The translations under genes were made by a program, and so were the position numbers. A stretch of 64,000 nt of DNA from Strigamia acuminata (taxonomy: Eukaryota): NCBI GenBank assembly GCA_949358305.1, contig OX442314.1:32550001-32614000 (forward strand), read 5' to 3'. The stretch's first letter is position 1, and each line of letters starts with the position of its first letter. The notes beneath the pieces were generated by a model. It did not search any database. It was not told where the DNA came from and saw only the letters and a program-made list of their open reading frames with translations. Below are positions 11,891 to 24,560 of this stretch, in pieces.

Positions 11891-12673
11891 GACGACTCGT
11901 CCCAAAAATAAGCTCCCACATCGACACTCATCCGTTAGTCTAAACCTCTTGACGTGCATTCTACTCGCGTCCGACAGATTCGGTTCGTTGTGGGCATAGA
12001 AAACATCCGCACACCGATACGGCATGTTTCGACGTCGATGCGCGACTGCGAAGCCGAGTCCCCGACGACGTACATACTCGCACAAGCGCGTTCGCGCGCG
12101 CGATATTGCGTGTGATGCGATGCCGATGAGCTCGACACGGTCTTTCGACGCGGGCGTCGATAATAATGTCCGGCAACGTGGATAAATGTCCGCAGAGTGC
12201 TTTGTGTTTATGGCAACGCACCGGGACGCAATTAACCAACCACTTACGAAAATTCAAAACATAATTGTTTAACAAAAGGAAACTCGTATAATGTTGAAAC
12301 AATAAAGAAAACGCAAAATTCAGATTCAAATTTAGATTTGAATTAGGTCAGATTAGGCCAGGTTGTAGATCCACAGACTCTCGAGACGACAACAAGAAAA
12401 TAAAAAGGATGCGTTTATCGTTTGTAGGTAGAATCTCGCGCCGAGTTAAATAAAAGTCTTTAAAAAATAGAAATCGATTTCCCGGTCGTAGAATTAATTT
12501 TGTGTCATGTGATCCAGTCATTAATTAGATTTTCGTGGTAGATGTTGCGTGAAACAAGATCGTGAACGTCTCAATTGGTTTACGATTTAAATTTCATCTC
12601 GCAATACACGCTGCACCAACGTAGTCGACGCGAGTTTATATCACTGCACTCGATGGGTTTTGTGAGCATTTTT

Positions 12674-12931
12674 AGACCAATCGATCGTACAGCTTGTTTG
12701 CTAGTTTCCTTTCGAGGTCAGCGGTTAACTCTTTGCATTCTATCATGCTGTTGGTTCCAACGGCGATACGCGTCTCCCGCCTGCCTCTCGGTCTCAGACT
12801 GGCCTTCGGGCCGGTCAAAAAAAAAGAAAAAAATTAATAAATAGATAAATAAGTCGGGAACAAAACGCATCCATCCCGACGAATAGTGACAGTTGGGCTC
12901 GTTGAGCGGTGGCGACGGCGGCGGCAACCCC
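12674..12931 (+). ncRNA. snRNA-like cassette 5 (class A)
   Basis: Upstream motif at 12611 (-63), unique body, UUCG hairpin, 3' box at ~12940. Confidence 0.5.
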
Positions 12932-13657
12932 GACGACTCGTCCCAAAAATAAGCTCCCACATCGACACTCATCCGTTAGTCTAAACCTCTTGACGTGCAT
13001 TCTACTCGCGTCCGACAGATTCGGTTCGTTGTGGGCATAGAAAACGTCCGCACACCGATACGGCATGTTTCGACGTCGATGCGCGACCGCGAAGCGAAGT
13101 CCCCGACGGCGTACATACTCGCACGAGCGCGTTCGCGCGCGCGATAATGCGTGTGATGCGATGCTGATGTCCGTCAACGTGGATATATGTCCACAAAGTG
13201 TCCGGTGTTTATGGCAACGCACCAGGGCGCAATTAACTACCAACGAGAATTGAAAATGTAATTGTTTAATAAAAAGAAACTCGTATAATATTGAAACGAT
13301 AATAAAAACGCAAAATTTAGATTCAAATTCAGATTCGAATTGGGTAAGATTAGGTCAGGTTAGACCCACAAACTCTGGGGGAGCGACACGAAAATGAAAA
13401 GGGCGCACCTATCGCTTATAGATGTCTGGCGATCGACAATGGGTGGACGATTAAAGTTTAAATTTCGGATCGTGGTATCGGTTTCGCGGTTCGTATTCCA
13501 ATAGTTAATCACATTATCTTTGTACCAAACGACCGATACAAAAGTTTTGTAAAATATCCGCCGTTTTATATTTTAATTTCACCTTCCGGTTGCCACGCGC
13601 TGTCGTAGTTGGTGCGAATCTCCATCAACGCATTCGACGGGCTTCGAGAGTGATTCC

Positions 13658-13827
13658 AGTAATCCAGACCAATCCTGGCCCTCGCGGAAATCCGGAGGGT
13701 TTTGGTTTTCCGCGATTGTTTTACTCACTTCTGTGGTTTTTCTACTGTATGAGTTAATAGATGTTCTTTTGAACGTCTCTCTGTACAGAATACGGGGCAG
13801 CTGGCGCCGACAAGCACCGGCAGCCCC
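13658..13827 (+). ncRNA. snRNA-like cassette 6 (class B)
   Basis: Upstream motif at 13595 (-63). 5' hairpin CCCTCGCGGAAATCCGGAGGG, variable middle, GGGGCAG...CAGCCCC hairpin, GTTCAAAAATAAG at 13837. Confidence 0.55.
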
Positions 13828-14492
13828 AAACAATTTGTTCAAAAATAAGCTTCTGCACGGGATTTCCATTTTTAACATTATGGTGTTTTTTTTTTTTATT
13901 GCCACCAAAGCGCGCTACCACCGCAAATTTTCCCGCGTTTGCCATGTACGCGCCGAAAACCACAGGCAATGAACTTTTCCACAAACTGAAAAACAAAATA
14001 TATGGGTAAGCGCACATGGGCGAATAAAACAAGATTAGCCCAATTTCGGAATTTATTGGGTCGACGTTTTGTATTCACGCGTGACGGGGGCACCACATGT
14101 GGAAAACGCGCAAATCACGCGCGAATCACGCGCGTCTACGCACATTGGAAACTTAGTATTAACGTTCGTTTCGAGTTAAATAAAAACGACGACCGTGACG
14201 AGGACCACAAAGACGGCGATAGCAGGATTCGTCGGAACAACGAGGATTGCCAACGAGAGAGACCCGTTCATTTGCCGACGCTCCATAGTTCAAACTTAAA
14301 TCGTTCTCGGACTGCCACCAGATGTCACATCAGCCGCTCACGACATACACACACTTTGGTTCGGCAGCTTATATCAAACGCGCGCGTTTCATCTTCCGTC
14401 TGATCCTCACTGCCACCTCGTGTTCGTTGGTAAGTAAGTTTGATGCTTTGTGTGATTTCTCGGTCAATGGACCACGCCCACGACCACAATCA

Positions 14493-14550
<58 letters not shown>

Positions 14551-14592
14551 ATTTATTTTCAGTTGTTTACTCGTCTCACAAACAAAAGGAAA

Positions 14593-15172
14593 ATGGCGGA
14601 AGCACCACAAGAGGAGGGTGGCGGCAGGTCATACTCCTGCGCTCTATGCGATGATAAACACCCCGATAGTAAGAAACGTTTATTTATTTACTTATTATTT
14701 TATATCTTTTATTCCATATGTTTTATTTATTTTATATACATAAATATTTTTTAATTTTATTTTAATTTTTTTTTTTTCTTTTTCTTCCCCCCCCCCCCGC
14801 CCCACGTGCCTCAGGACCGGACGGATTCTTCTGCGTCGACGTCTTTCGCCACCAGCGACAGCGACACAACATCCACAAGGACGCGAATGATTTCGTCCGA
14901 GGGCTGTTGAAAAAATTCTCGCGCGAGCCCGTCTGTCTGGCATCGGTGAGTGTCCAATTATCCTCTTCACTCACACACTAGTTAACTAATTCGTATTTTT
15001 ATTTTTTCCCCTTTCTTCTTAGGCGTTGAAACGAGTGCACCGACTCAACGGGCGACGCTGTCCGTTTTGTGCGGAGACGCCCTCTCCCGGGGATCTCGTC
15101 ACTCATTGGGCGGAGGCACACGATTACCAAGCGCCCGCCGGAAATGATGGAGGTGGCGTCAATGAACATTAG
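14593..15172 (+). CDS. Small three-exon double C2H2-like zinc-finger protein
   Basis: Exons 14593-14668, 14815-14945 and 15023-15172 splice GT-AG in frame: SYSCALC...FRHQRQRH...RRCPFCAE...LVTHWAEAH. Confidence 0.75.
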
Positions 15173-15323
15173 TTTTTATTTAATTTTATTTTTTTCTCAT
15201 AATTTGCATTGTCCGACTTTTCCCCATTTGCTTTTATTTTTTTTTTACAAAAAAAAAAAAAAAAAAATCCACATTAATCATCTTTATTGTTATCATTATT
15301 ACAAATACACGATCAATTTTTTC

Positions 15324-16276
15324 TTATCCCGCGTCTTCTTTGCCAGACTCTCGATTCTTTCTCTGAGCTTCGTCACCGTCTCCTTTGTTTTCTTCTGGTA
15401 TGACTCTTACCACACCCACACGGACTAACGCGCTCACCACTGAACCCGACAAAAGAACATCTCCATCTGGGAGCGTCTCGGTCCACATGGAATCGTCTCT
15501 GTTGCGTCCCTTCTTTCGCTCCTCCTCCTCTCGTTCCTCCTCCTTCGTCACTCTTCGAAGTATAAGATCCACCGTCTTCAACCTACCCGTCGGCGCACGC
15601 GGAGTGGAAGCGGTGGACGACTGGAAAAGGAAAGGGGGAAAAAAAATAAACGAAAAAACGAATAAATAATAGGAATCTCAACGGGATACCCCTTTAACTG
15701 GCGTCGTATTCCCCGTCTCAAAAGGGCGCTTCGGCGTCTGCGGCGTTCTTGGTGACGATGGTTGCGATTGCGGCGACTGTGGTCGTGTCGGTGCCTCATT
15801 CCCGGCGATGATTGACATCTGTAAAGAGAGAAATAAATAAATAAATAAATTAAATTAAATTAAATTAAAATAAATTAAATTGAGATACGAACGCGAAGAG
15901 AGGAGGAGAGAAAGGAGACCGAAACACGAACGAGAGGGGAGCGTTACAGTTTCACCGTATAGCGGGTAATTGATTGTTTGATAGCGCGTTGTACGAAATG
16001 AATTATCTCCAAACAAACACCCATTTGTTTATTTATTTGTTAATCTCGCTCGTTCGCTTAATTTTATAAAATTCATTAAACTCATTTGTACATTCATCAA
16101 ATTGATCGTTTCGTTTAGCGATGAAAACAACGACAATTCAGATGTTCACGCGGGCAACATGGCGTATACGTGCGTTTTGTGCACGCAAAATGTGAATACG
16201 GCCAATTGACAAAATAACAATTCATAGACAGAGATTTAACAACTCACCTCTGTGGACGAAGCGCATGGTGCGTCCA
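15324..16276 (-). CDS. Spliced Ser/Pro-rich, charged low-complexity protein
   Basis: Apparent exons ~16247-16276, ~15689-15818 and ~15324-15620 bounded by GT/AG, with AT-microsatellite introns. Confidence 0.45.
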
Positions 16277-16401
16277 TTTTGACGAATGAACCGACACGAC
16301 ACCCGGTGATAACAATGGCGGTGGTAACACGTGACGGGTCACACTTCTAATTAAATAATAATAATAATAATAATAACAATAATAACAATAATAATAATAA
16401 C

Positions 16402-16434
<33 letters not shown>

Positions 16435-18757
16435 TTATAAAAATGACAAGTCGAAAACAAGCTATTCACGGGGTTTCGCGGATTGTCGCCAGAATGCGCC
16501 ACCGCCGCGGATTTTCCAAGTTTGACATGTAGGTGTCGAATATTATGATTAACGAACTTTTCCACGTTAAAATTAAAAAAAACAAAATATACGGTTAGAC
16601 GCATATAGATAGATAAAACATGATTAATCTGGTTCCGGAATTTATTGGGTCACTTTTTAACGCGGGAAACGTCAAGTGATCGCATCGGACGAACATTTTG
16701 GTATCCATTAAAGGACACGAGTTCCACCGGGCTGCGCAGTGGTTCCGAGTAATTACATCACAGGTCGCGTGACCGGACGTTTGATCCAACACGCTAAACG
16801 TTCGTGTCTAGTTGAATAAAAGCCTTTACGATGGCGCGCCGTGCATCGCGGAATGGAATTTAAACCATAGACCAGTTTAAGCGTTCACAATCTCATTTCA
16901 CGCGACATCTATCGTGATAATCTGATTAATGGTTGGGGTACACGGTGTGACGTAATTACTCAGAATCGTCACGTTAAAAAACAAAACGAAATGGGTGGAT
17001 GGATGGGAATTTTTATTTCAGTCAGTTTTATTTACTCGCCTAAAAAAGAAAAAAAGAAAAAAAAAGAAAGAAAAAAAAAGAAAAAAAAAAAGGAAAAATG
17101 ATAACAACGAATACGACGATTGGTCGAGTGGACGGAGATACCCGCCGCGTGGAACCGTGTGCCGAGAGGATGGAGACAGACAGCCGCCATGTTTCCGGAT
17201 TATGTCACTTGGTGTCGCTCTATGCATCGATAGTGATCACGCGCGGGACAGACAACGTCGTGTTTCCATCTTCCAAAAAGTGAGTAGTTGACCGTTCTAC
17301 CGTCACATTTATCAGTCAATCGATCGACAAATTGAAAAAAAAACAACCCTCGATTACCTCTACGCCTCTCTCGACAACGTATCAATTAACACGCGCGTGC
17401 AAACACGAACGCCTGCATTGGTTCGGTCGGGCACCGCTCGCTCGCTCATTTGACAGACTCGTGACTTGAAATTTTTTATTTTTTCTTAGCCGTTATTTTA
17501 TTTTCCTTTGCATTCGACTTTAATTTAATTTCTATGTTCCAGACGATGAACAAAAACGAGAAAAACGACCACAACAACGACGGCGATGATGCAAGGTGAG
17601 AGATTCGACCGACCGGTTTCGATCGATCGTTCGTTTATCCGTTTCTTCATTTCTTTATTTCTTTGTTTATTCAGTTGTCAGCCAATTGATCCGCCCCAGT
17701 CGTCATCGTGGCAGTGGACCGAACCCGGTCACATTCGACCCATCATGCGGGTTGCGCCATTCCAGCGCGCGACTCCGGAACCGATGTAATTCGGTCAAAC
17801 GTCTCGTTTGATTTATTTATTCATTTATTTATTTATTTATTTATTTATTTATTTTTTAAGCCATCCTCGCGGACGTTCCGTACTGTTTGTTCGCTTCGCG
17901 GGCGCCCAGTTGATGGGACCGGGACGTCCGATGCCGAGGTGAGTTAATTCGATTCAACGTTTTGTTTTTGTTTTTGTTTCGTTTTGTTTCACCGATTGGT
18001 TGGTTTGATTCGAATTGATTTATTTATTTATATTTATTTTATTTTATTTTCTATTTTTTAAGTCAATCCCGCGGGCGCGCCAGGATGCTAGCGCGTTTCG
18101 CGGCCACCGAACCGATGTTGCCAGGGCGTCCGGCGTCGAGGTAATTAATTCGGTTCAACGTTTCAATTTGTCCGCCCGTCCATCAGTTTGTTCACTTAGT
18201 TTATTCAATTTGATCTCTTCCTCAGTGACCCACAACCAGGCGCGTAATCGGCGATGTGACGAGTCGATTGTGAATCTTTTTTTATTTTATTTTTCTATTT
18301 TTCGTTTTTATTTTGTAAACAATAAAAACACTCAACTTTTATCATAGAATTTGAAAAGTTTGACAATTTCTTATTAAATTTTGAATTGGAGTGTGGGGGG
18401 AGCAATGGTCGAAACGTCGTTACGGGGAACCAGATGGAAATGTTAGCGATAAAGTCGTTCAAAGTCATAAAATCGGTGTCGATTTTTACGAGGCGTTGGG
18501 GACGGTTGGAACTCGAGTCAACCAATGGACACGTCGATGCCACTCCGTTGTAAAATGCCACACACAGACACACACGTGCACGCGCGAAACATCAACAATA
18601 AAGCTCGTAAAACGACACAAATTGTCGAGTGAATAAGCGAATTGGGTTCTCCATTTCGACGATGATTGCCGGGGAGTAATTCGATCCTCCCCCTCTATCG
18701 TCGTTCGTCACCCATCGAATTTCGGTCACTGCATCCGATGGATCTACTAACACCTTC

Positions 18758-18899
18758 AGACCAACCGGGACTGATTCGAGCCCTCGCGGAAATCCGGGGG
18801 GTTTCGGTCACAAAAGTCTGCATTCGGGTTGCGCAACCACTCTATTGTTCAGCCGTTGGTCAGCCGGGGCAGTTGGCACCGACGAGCGTCGACAGTCCC
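18758..18899 (+). ncRNA. snRNA-like cassette 7 (class B)
   Basis: AGACC start, CCCTCGCGGAAATCCGGGGGG hairpin, GGGGCAG..CAGTCCC end, TTCCAAAATAAA box. Confidence 0.5.
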
Positions 18900-19753
18900 A
18901 ACAAATTCTTCCAAAATAAACTCTCACATCGACATCACAACGTTCCGCCGGTACAAACAAACAAACAGTTATGAAAAACACTTGGTTTATCTATTTATTT
19001 ATTTATTTATTTGTCCGTTCGTTTACACACACTCTCTTTGCACATGACAGATTCGGCATCTGGTCGTAGAAAATTTCAATATTTTGATGCAACACGTTCT
19101 GGTGTCAGTGCGCGATCGTGAGCGAAGTCTTCGACAATGTGCTCGCATGAGCGTGTCTTTGTTTGCCATGCACACGCGTGAACGCGTTCCCACGCGCGAT
19201 AATATGCGAGGTGCGATGTATGTAAGCGCGACATGGATTTTTGACACCGGCATCGATAATAATGTTCACCAACGTGGATAAATGTCCGAAGGTGTCCGGT
19301 GCTTATGGCAACGCACCGGGACGCAGTTAAATAGCAAGTAGAATTAAAAATATAATTGTTTAATAAAAGGAAACTCTCATAATGTTGAAACGATAAAGCA
19401 AACGCAGAATTCAGATCCAAACTCAGATTCGAATTAGGTCAGATTAGGCCAGGTTATAGATCCACAAACTCCCGAGACGCGACAAGAAAATGAAAAGGAC
19501 GCGTTTATCACTTATAGGTGCCTGGCGATCGACAACGAGCGGACGATTAAAGTTTAAATTTCGGATCTTGGAACCGGTTCCGCGGTTCGTATTCCAATGA
19601 TTAACGAGATTATCTTCGTAGCAACCGACTGGAACAAAAGTTTCGTAAAATATCCGCCGTTTCATATTTTAATTTTACCTTCCAGAGTTGACGTCCCGTC
19701 AGAGTCGACGCGAGTTCTGATCACCGCGTCCGCTGCATTTTGCGAAAGCCTTC

Positions 19754-19905
19754 AGACCGAGAGCAGAGCGAAGGGGCCGTCGCCGCTCGGTCGAGCGGCA
19801 CAGTACCCACCGAGTGGCGCGGTACCCGAGTTCTTCTGGCGCCAGTGCCTATATGTGTCACACTTGCACGCCCCTCTCGGTCTCAGACTGGCCTTCTGGT
19901 CAGTC
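19754..19905 (+). ncRNA. snRNA-like cassette 8 (class A, short)
   Basis: Upstream motif at 19691 (-63). Perfect AGACCGAGAG/CTCTCGGTCT stem; hairpin variant GACTGGCC-TTCT-GGTCAGTC; CAAAAATAAG follows directly. Confidence 0.6.
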
Positions 19906-20138
19906 ACAATAACAAATCAAAAATAAGCTACACAGCCAGTGGCGAAAACAATGCGAGGGGGACGACGTTCGACCGAATCTCTGGCAATGGCTTCCTAATC
20001 CCATCCGAATCCCATGAATCTTTCGAATCTTTCGAATCCCAAACCGATGTGTGCTTCTCTCGTGGATGCGCGCAAAGAAACGAAGAGGAAAAGAGAAAAC
20101 GCAGAGAAGAGAATGGGAAAGAATCCCTCTCTCTCTCT

Positions 20139-20173
<35 letters not shown>

Positions 20174-20621
20174 TTTTTTTTCTTAATTTCTAATTTGTGT
20201 CACCGAGTGTCGCGTCGTATTCTCGCGTCTTTGCAGCGAGCGACGGGCTAAAGCTTTCCTACCATACCGCGCTTTGCTTCGCGCACTTGTACGCATTGGT
20301 TCATTCGCTATATCGAGTCTCGTTTGCACGGTAAGCAAACCTAGTCAATTTTCAAAATAGAAAAAGGGGAAGAATCTCCAACAATTTGACCGACTCGTTA
20401 ATTAAACCGACCGACCAACTAACTAAATGAACCAGAACGGGTCGATGCGCGAGCACGGGCGGGAATCCCCGTGGTTACACCACTATCACCGCCATTTTGT
20501 TCTCGATCTCTATCCAATTTTAGTTTTGCAGTCGGACTCACGATTTTGTCAGTTTTTCGTTTTTCATTTATTCGTTTAAATTCTTTCTCTTTTTCCTCGA
20601 CGGTAGACGCAACAAGACGAG

Positions 20622-21179
20622 ATGTCGACGTCGGCCATCGAGGATCGACCACGAGGCAATATCCAGTTAATAGTGGGCCCGATGTTTGCAGGGAAAACAA
20701 CTGAACTCTTGAGGCGCCTAGAAGGAGAAGAAGCGTTGTTATTGAAGCCCAAAATCGACAACCGCCACATTCCCGGAGAAATCGTCGCTCGTGACGGAAA
20801 ATCGAGAGCGGCGCGCGCCGTCGAAAACCTCGCGGAAGCCCGAAGACAATCCGAAAATTTCGGGATTATCGGGATTGACGAGGGCCAGTTTTTCGAGGAC
20901 TTGGTACAATTCTGTCAAGAAATGGCAGAGAAAGGAAAGACTGTGGTAATCGCGGCCCTCGATGGGGATTTCAAGTTGAACCCGTTCGGTCAAGTCTGCG
21001 ATTTGCTCCCGAAATCAGAGCACATCGTGAAGCTGAAGGCAACGTGCTACCGGTGTCGAGGGGAAGCCGCGTTCACGAAGCGGACGTCGGGCGAAGAAGA
21101 CGTCGTGGTGATAGGGGGTGCCGAGAAATACGCCCCCACGTGTCGCGCGTGTTTCGCAAATTGTTCACCAATCGGCTAA
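20622..21179 (+). CDS. tk: Thymidine kinase, type II (TK1/poxvirus-like), intronless
   Basis: P-loop GPMFAGKTTEL, Walker B IGIDEGQFF, AALDGDF..PF, zinc-lasso CYRC...CRAC, VIGGAEKY. Confidence 0.96.
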   Translation: MSTSAIEDRPRGNIQLIVGPMFAGKTTELLRRLEGEEALLLKPKIDNRHIPGEIVARDGKSRAARAVENLAEARRQSENFGIIGIDEGQFFEDLVQFCQEMAEKGKTVVIAALDGDFKLNPFGQVCDLLPKSEHIVKLKATCYRCRGEAAFTKRTSGEEDVVVIGGAEKYAPTCRACFANCSPIG

Positions 21180-21497
21180 CTAACAAACCGGTCGTGTCGT
21201 TTTTAACACCGATAGATTCATTCGAATTAAATTTTTTTTTTTTTTGCGATCAAATAAACCCAATCAATCGTGGCCACTTATCTCAAATTCAATTTTTATT
21301 TAAATTATAAACCACAAACGAACAAAATACAATAAAAAATGAAAAATTACGCCGATGGCGCTACGTTTGATAACGATGTCCCACTAAGAGAAAGAAAAAA
21401 AAATATATGTATATATATATATATCAAACAAACAAACAAACAAACAAACAAACAAACAAACAAACAAAAAAAAAAAAAAGAATGATAAAAAGAATAA

Positions 21498-22223
21498 TTA
21501 ATTAACTAACTGGACAGGTAGATATAGCGCGACGAACTGGTGGCGGTCGCGGGTGACTGGTGACTGGTAACTGGTGACGAACGGGTTGCAACCACCAAAC
21601 TGGTAGCAAGTTGTGCAGAATTGAAACACATAGTTTCGGGTGGATCTTGGGATATCCGACCACCCATGCGTCGGTGGTGTTGGGCGATCCCGCGCGTGGC
21701 GCCTGTTGCATTGGAAATTATTGGCACGCATAGGTGGCAACCATGGTAAGTTACTATGGAAAAAAAAAAAATGATTAATCAAATCGCGACCGACGAATCG
21801 ACCATAAATTGCTTTACTCACTCTGGCACATAGCGCCTCGGCCCGAAGAATATGTCATTACCAAATTCCCCGGGCCGCACATAGATGGTCTGCGGCGACC
21901 TCGTCGAAGGTGGCGATCGCGACGAACCCCTTAAAAATAAAATAAAAATAAAATAGAATGAAATAAAAAGTGTCAAATAAATAAAACCAATCGATCGACC
22001 AATCACTCTCACCTTGTGCCCGGGCGCATTTCACCCCAAATGATGGGGTTATTCACGTTCTTTTTCCCAAACGACAATCGCGATGGGCCCCTTAAAAATA
22101 AAATAAAAATAAAATGAAATAAAATAAAATGTGTCGAATAAATAAAACCAATCGATCGACCAACCACTCTCACCTCGTGCCCGGGCGCACTTCACCCAAG
22201 ATGACGTTCTTTCCGTTCTCCAT
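21498..22223 (-). CDS. Micro-exon gene of unknown function
   Basis: Short GC-rich exons with GTGAG donors; internally duplicated intron/exon block (~21929-22030 vs ~22089-22190). Confidence 0.35.
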
Positions 22224-22486
22224 CTGAAATGTAAAAATTAGATTACCGTAAATTAAATACAAACGAGAATTGAACAGCAAAACACAATCAATGAAAAGGA
22301 AAGGAAGGTGAATAAAACCACAGATCAATCAAACAATGATAAACCGAATTATTCTCTTTTCATTTCTGGCAAGCGAGAATATGGCGACGAATTCCGCGCC
22401 TCTCCACGCTTCCACTCGTTTAGACACAAGCGGACGAATGGTCGGATTGTTGAAACAATTGTTGTCGTTGTCAATTGGTTGATTGG

Positions 22487-22519
<33 letters not shown>

Positions 22520-23067
22520 TGATAAATAGATAAACGGCATAAATACTTTCAACTTGCTCAGCAGCGAAGCACGTGGCGGCGCGGAATCAGCGGTCAGGTA
22601 TGGCGGATTTCGATAACGACGCTGCTTGGTGAGCGGAGTTACAAAAAAATAAAAATTTGAAAGCATCGTGAAACAAATAGATGAATAAACAAATAAACAT
22701 AAATATATAAATAAACAAATAAATAAATAAAATAGACAAAAATAAACAAACAACGTCGCATCACGCGCGGGATTCCATGGTTGTCGCCAGATGCCGCGTC
22801 GAATCACTCGCGCGCTCGCCATCAGTAGTGTGGACCCCGTGTCGTGAACAAGTGAACAAGTGGAACGATTAGAGGTAAATTAACCATTTTCCCGGTAAAC
22901 ACTCGTCAGTTGGCGTTTTTACACGCGGTTCGCGGCCCTGGACTGCATTGCTTTTTGCGGCAGGTGAGCGTCGGGACCGCGGTGCCGTTTTAAAACCGAG
23001 ACGGTATCGTGTACCAGGGCCACGGTACTTTGAAAAACTCGTGTAACGCGAACCGACTTTGTTGTAC

Positions 23068-23405
23068 AACGAGAAAATACAAGATTCTCATTTTTTCCCG
23101 GTTTTGCTTTCATTTGATTAATTCTTATGTTACGTTTCAATGCAATTTATCTCATTTCAGAAAACTACAAGACACGAATAAAAAGAAGATTTTTTCGTCT
23201 GTTTCTTATTGCATGGCGGGTTAAGCCTATATATAAGATTTTTCTCATTTAATTAGAAATAAACAAAAAAAAAAAAAAAAAAAATCTTCTTTTTATATGT
23301 GTCTCGCAGACTTCTGAAATAAGATAAATTGTATTGAAACCAAAGGTAAGAATTAACCAAATGGAAGTAAAACCGAGAAAATACGAGAACTTCGTATTTT
23401 CTCGT
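23068..23405. repeat. Diverged ~130-bp inverted repeat pair (MITE/foldback-like)
   Basis: 23068-23195 (ACGAGAAAATAC...AAAAAGAAGATTTTT) is a degenerate reverse complement of 23280-23405. Confidence 0.7.
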
Positions 23406-23578
23406 GTTTTCTCGCATTGTTCCGCGGTAGGCATCAAATGTACCACGTCCAACACGTACATGTACGCGCGTAGACTTGCGCGAACAATATGTGCGCGGAT
23501 GTTTTATTCGACGTCCCACGTTTTGGTTCTTTTTGTTGCGATTTTAATTTTTATCTTTTTTTTCACATCGAAGAAAAT

Positions 23579-24167
23579 ATGGAAAAAGGAAAGAGAGGAG
23601 AAAAGCCGTCCACAAAGTCGCACCTGTCACCCGTCGTCCTTTTGGAACGCATCGACTTCATGGAGGCGTGGAGCCACACGCCAAACTTGAGCGCCGCCAG
23701 TAGTTCCGTGCATGATGCACGCGAGCGAAAAACTAATGATCCCACGAAGATCAAGGGGGTATGTGTCCCATTCCGATATTTACTCTTTTGTCTTTTTTAT
23801 TTGACCTTTTTTTTTTTTTTATTTTTTTTTTTATTTTTATTCGTTCTTTTCTCTCTTTCTCCAGTCGCTCGGTCGAAGACAGACGAAGGTCCAGGAGACG
23901 GCAATGGCGGCGACGGAGGAAAGGGTCGAAAAAATGATGGAGGGACTAGAGGAGAGAATTGAGGAGTTGATAGACAGGACGGAACAAAGACTCAAGAAAA
24001 TGGTGAAGGCGACGATGGAGGAATTTGAGAAAACATTTGAAGAAGCAGAGGAAAAATGGTGGAAGGCGATGGAGGGAACGATGGGTTGGATAGAGAATGT
24101 CGTTGACGACGATGATGACGAAGGCGCTGAAGAGGCAATTGGTGGTTCCGATCTTTCGATGGAATAA
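23579..24167 (+). CDS. Two-exon PxVxL-motif / coiled-coil / acidic-tail protein
   Basis: Exons 23579-23758 and 23865-24167 splice in frame; SPVVLLERID motif, heptad-like helix, acidic end. Confidence 0.7.
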
Positions 24168-24481
24168 TAAGAGGAGACGGTTTATTCCCACTCTCGTTTG
24201 TTTGTTTGTTTGATTTAGTTTTTGTTTTGATTTTTAATTTTATTTATTCATTTATTTATTTTTTTTTTTTCAATTGTCAAAGATGTGACACAACTCTTAT
24301 GGGACAAAAACAACAATCCCCCATCTCATTGTCTCGTATTGTTTGTTCGTATTGCGTATATTTTGTTTCTCATTGTAAAAAAAAACATCTCATCGGGTGA
24401 TTAAATATACGTCTTTATTTTATTTATTTTATTTATTTATCTGTTTCTCTTCTTTTCTATATTTTAGCACAATTTATAATC

Positions 24482-24560
24482 GACCCAGAGTGGTCGAGTG
24501 GGCAGGACTACCTGCCGCATGGAGCCGTGGACTCTGGGTTCGAGTCTCGCTTCCGCGATC
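24482..24560 (+). ncRNA. tRNA-derived Pol III-like element (A and B boxes)
   Basis: TGGTCGAGTGG (A box) and GGTTCGAGTCT (B box); GACCCAGAGT/ACTCTGGGTT pairing; no clean cloverleaf. Confidence 0.5.

Noticed and set aside
12342..12364. Telomeric TTAGG/TCAGG repeats or telomerase template
   Set aside because: Only 2-3 degenerate units, inside the shared upstream flank of the cassettes.
9590..13850. CRISPR-like repeat-spacer array
   Set aside because: Period is ~600-1000 bp with diverged long repeats, there are no cas genes, and the context is eukaryotic; better explained as gene cassettes.
24482..24560. Canonical tRNA gene
   Set aside because: A and B boxes are present but there is no convincing acceptor or anticodon stem; the same applies to 45622-45703.
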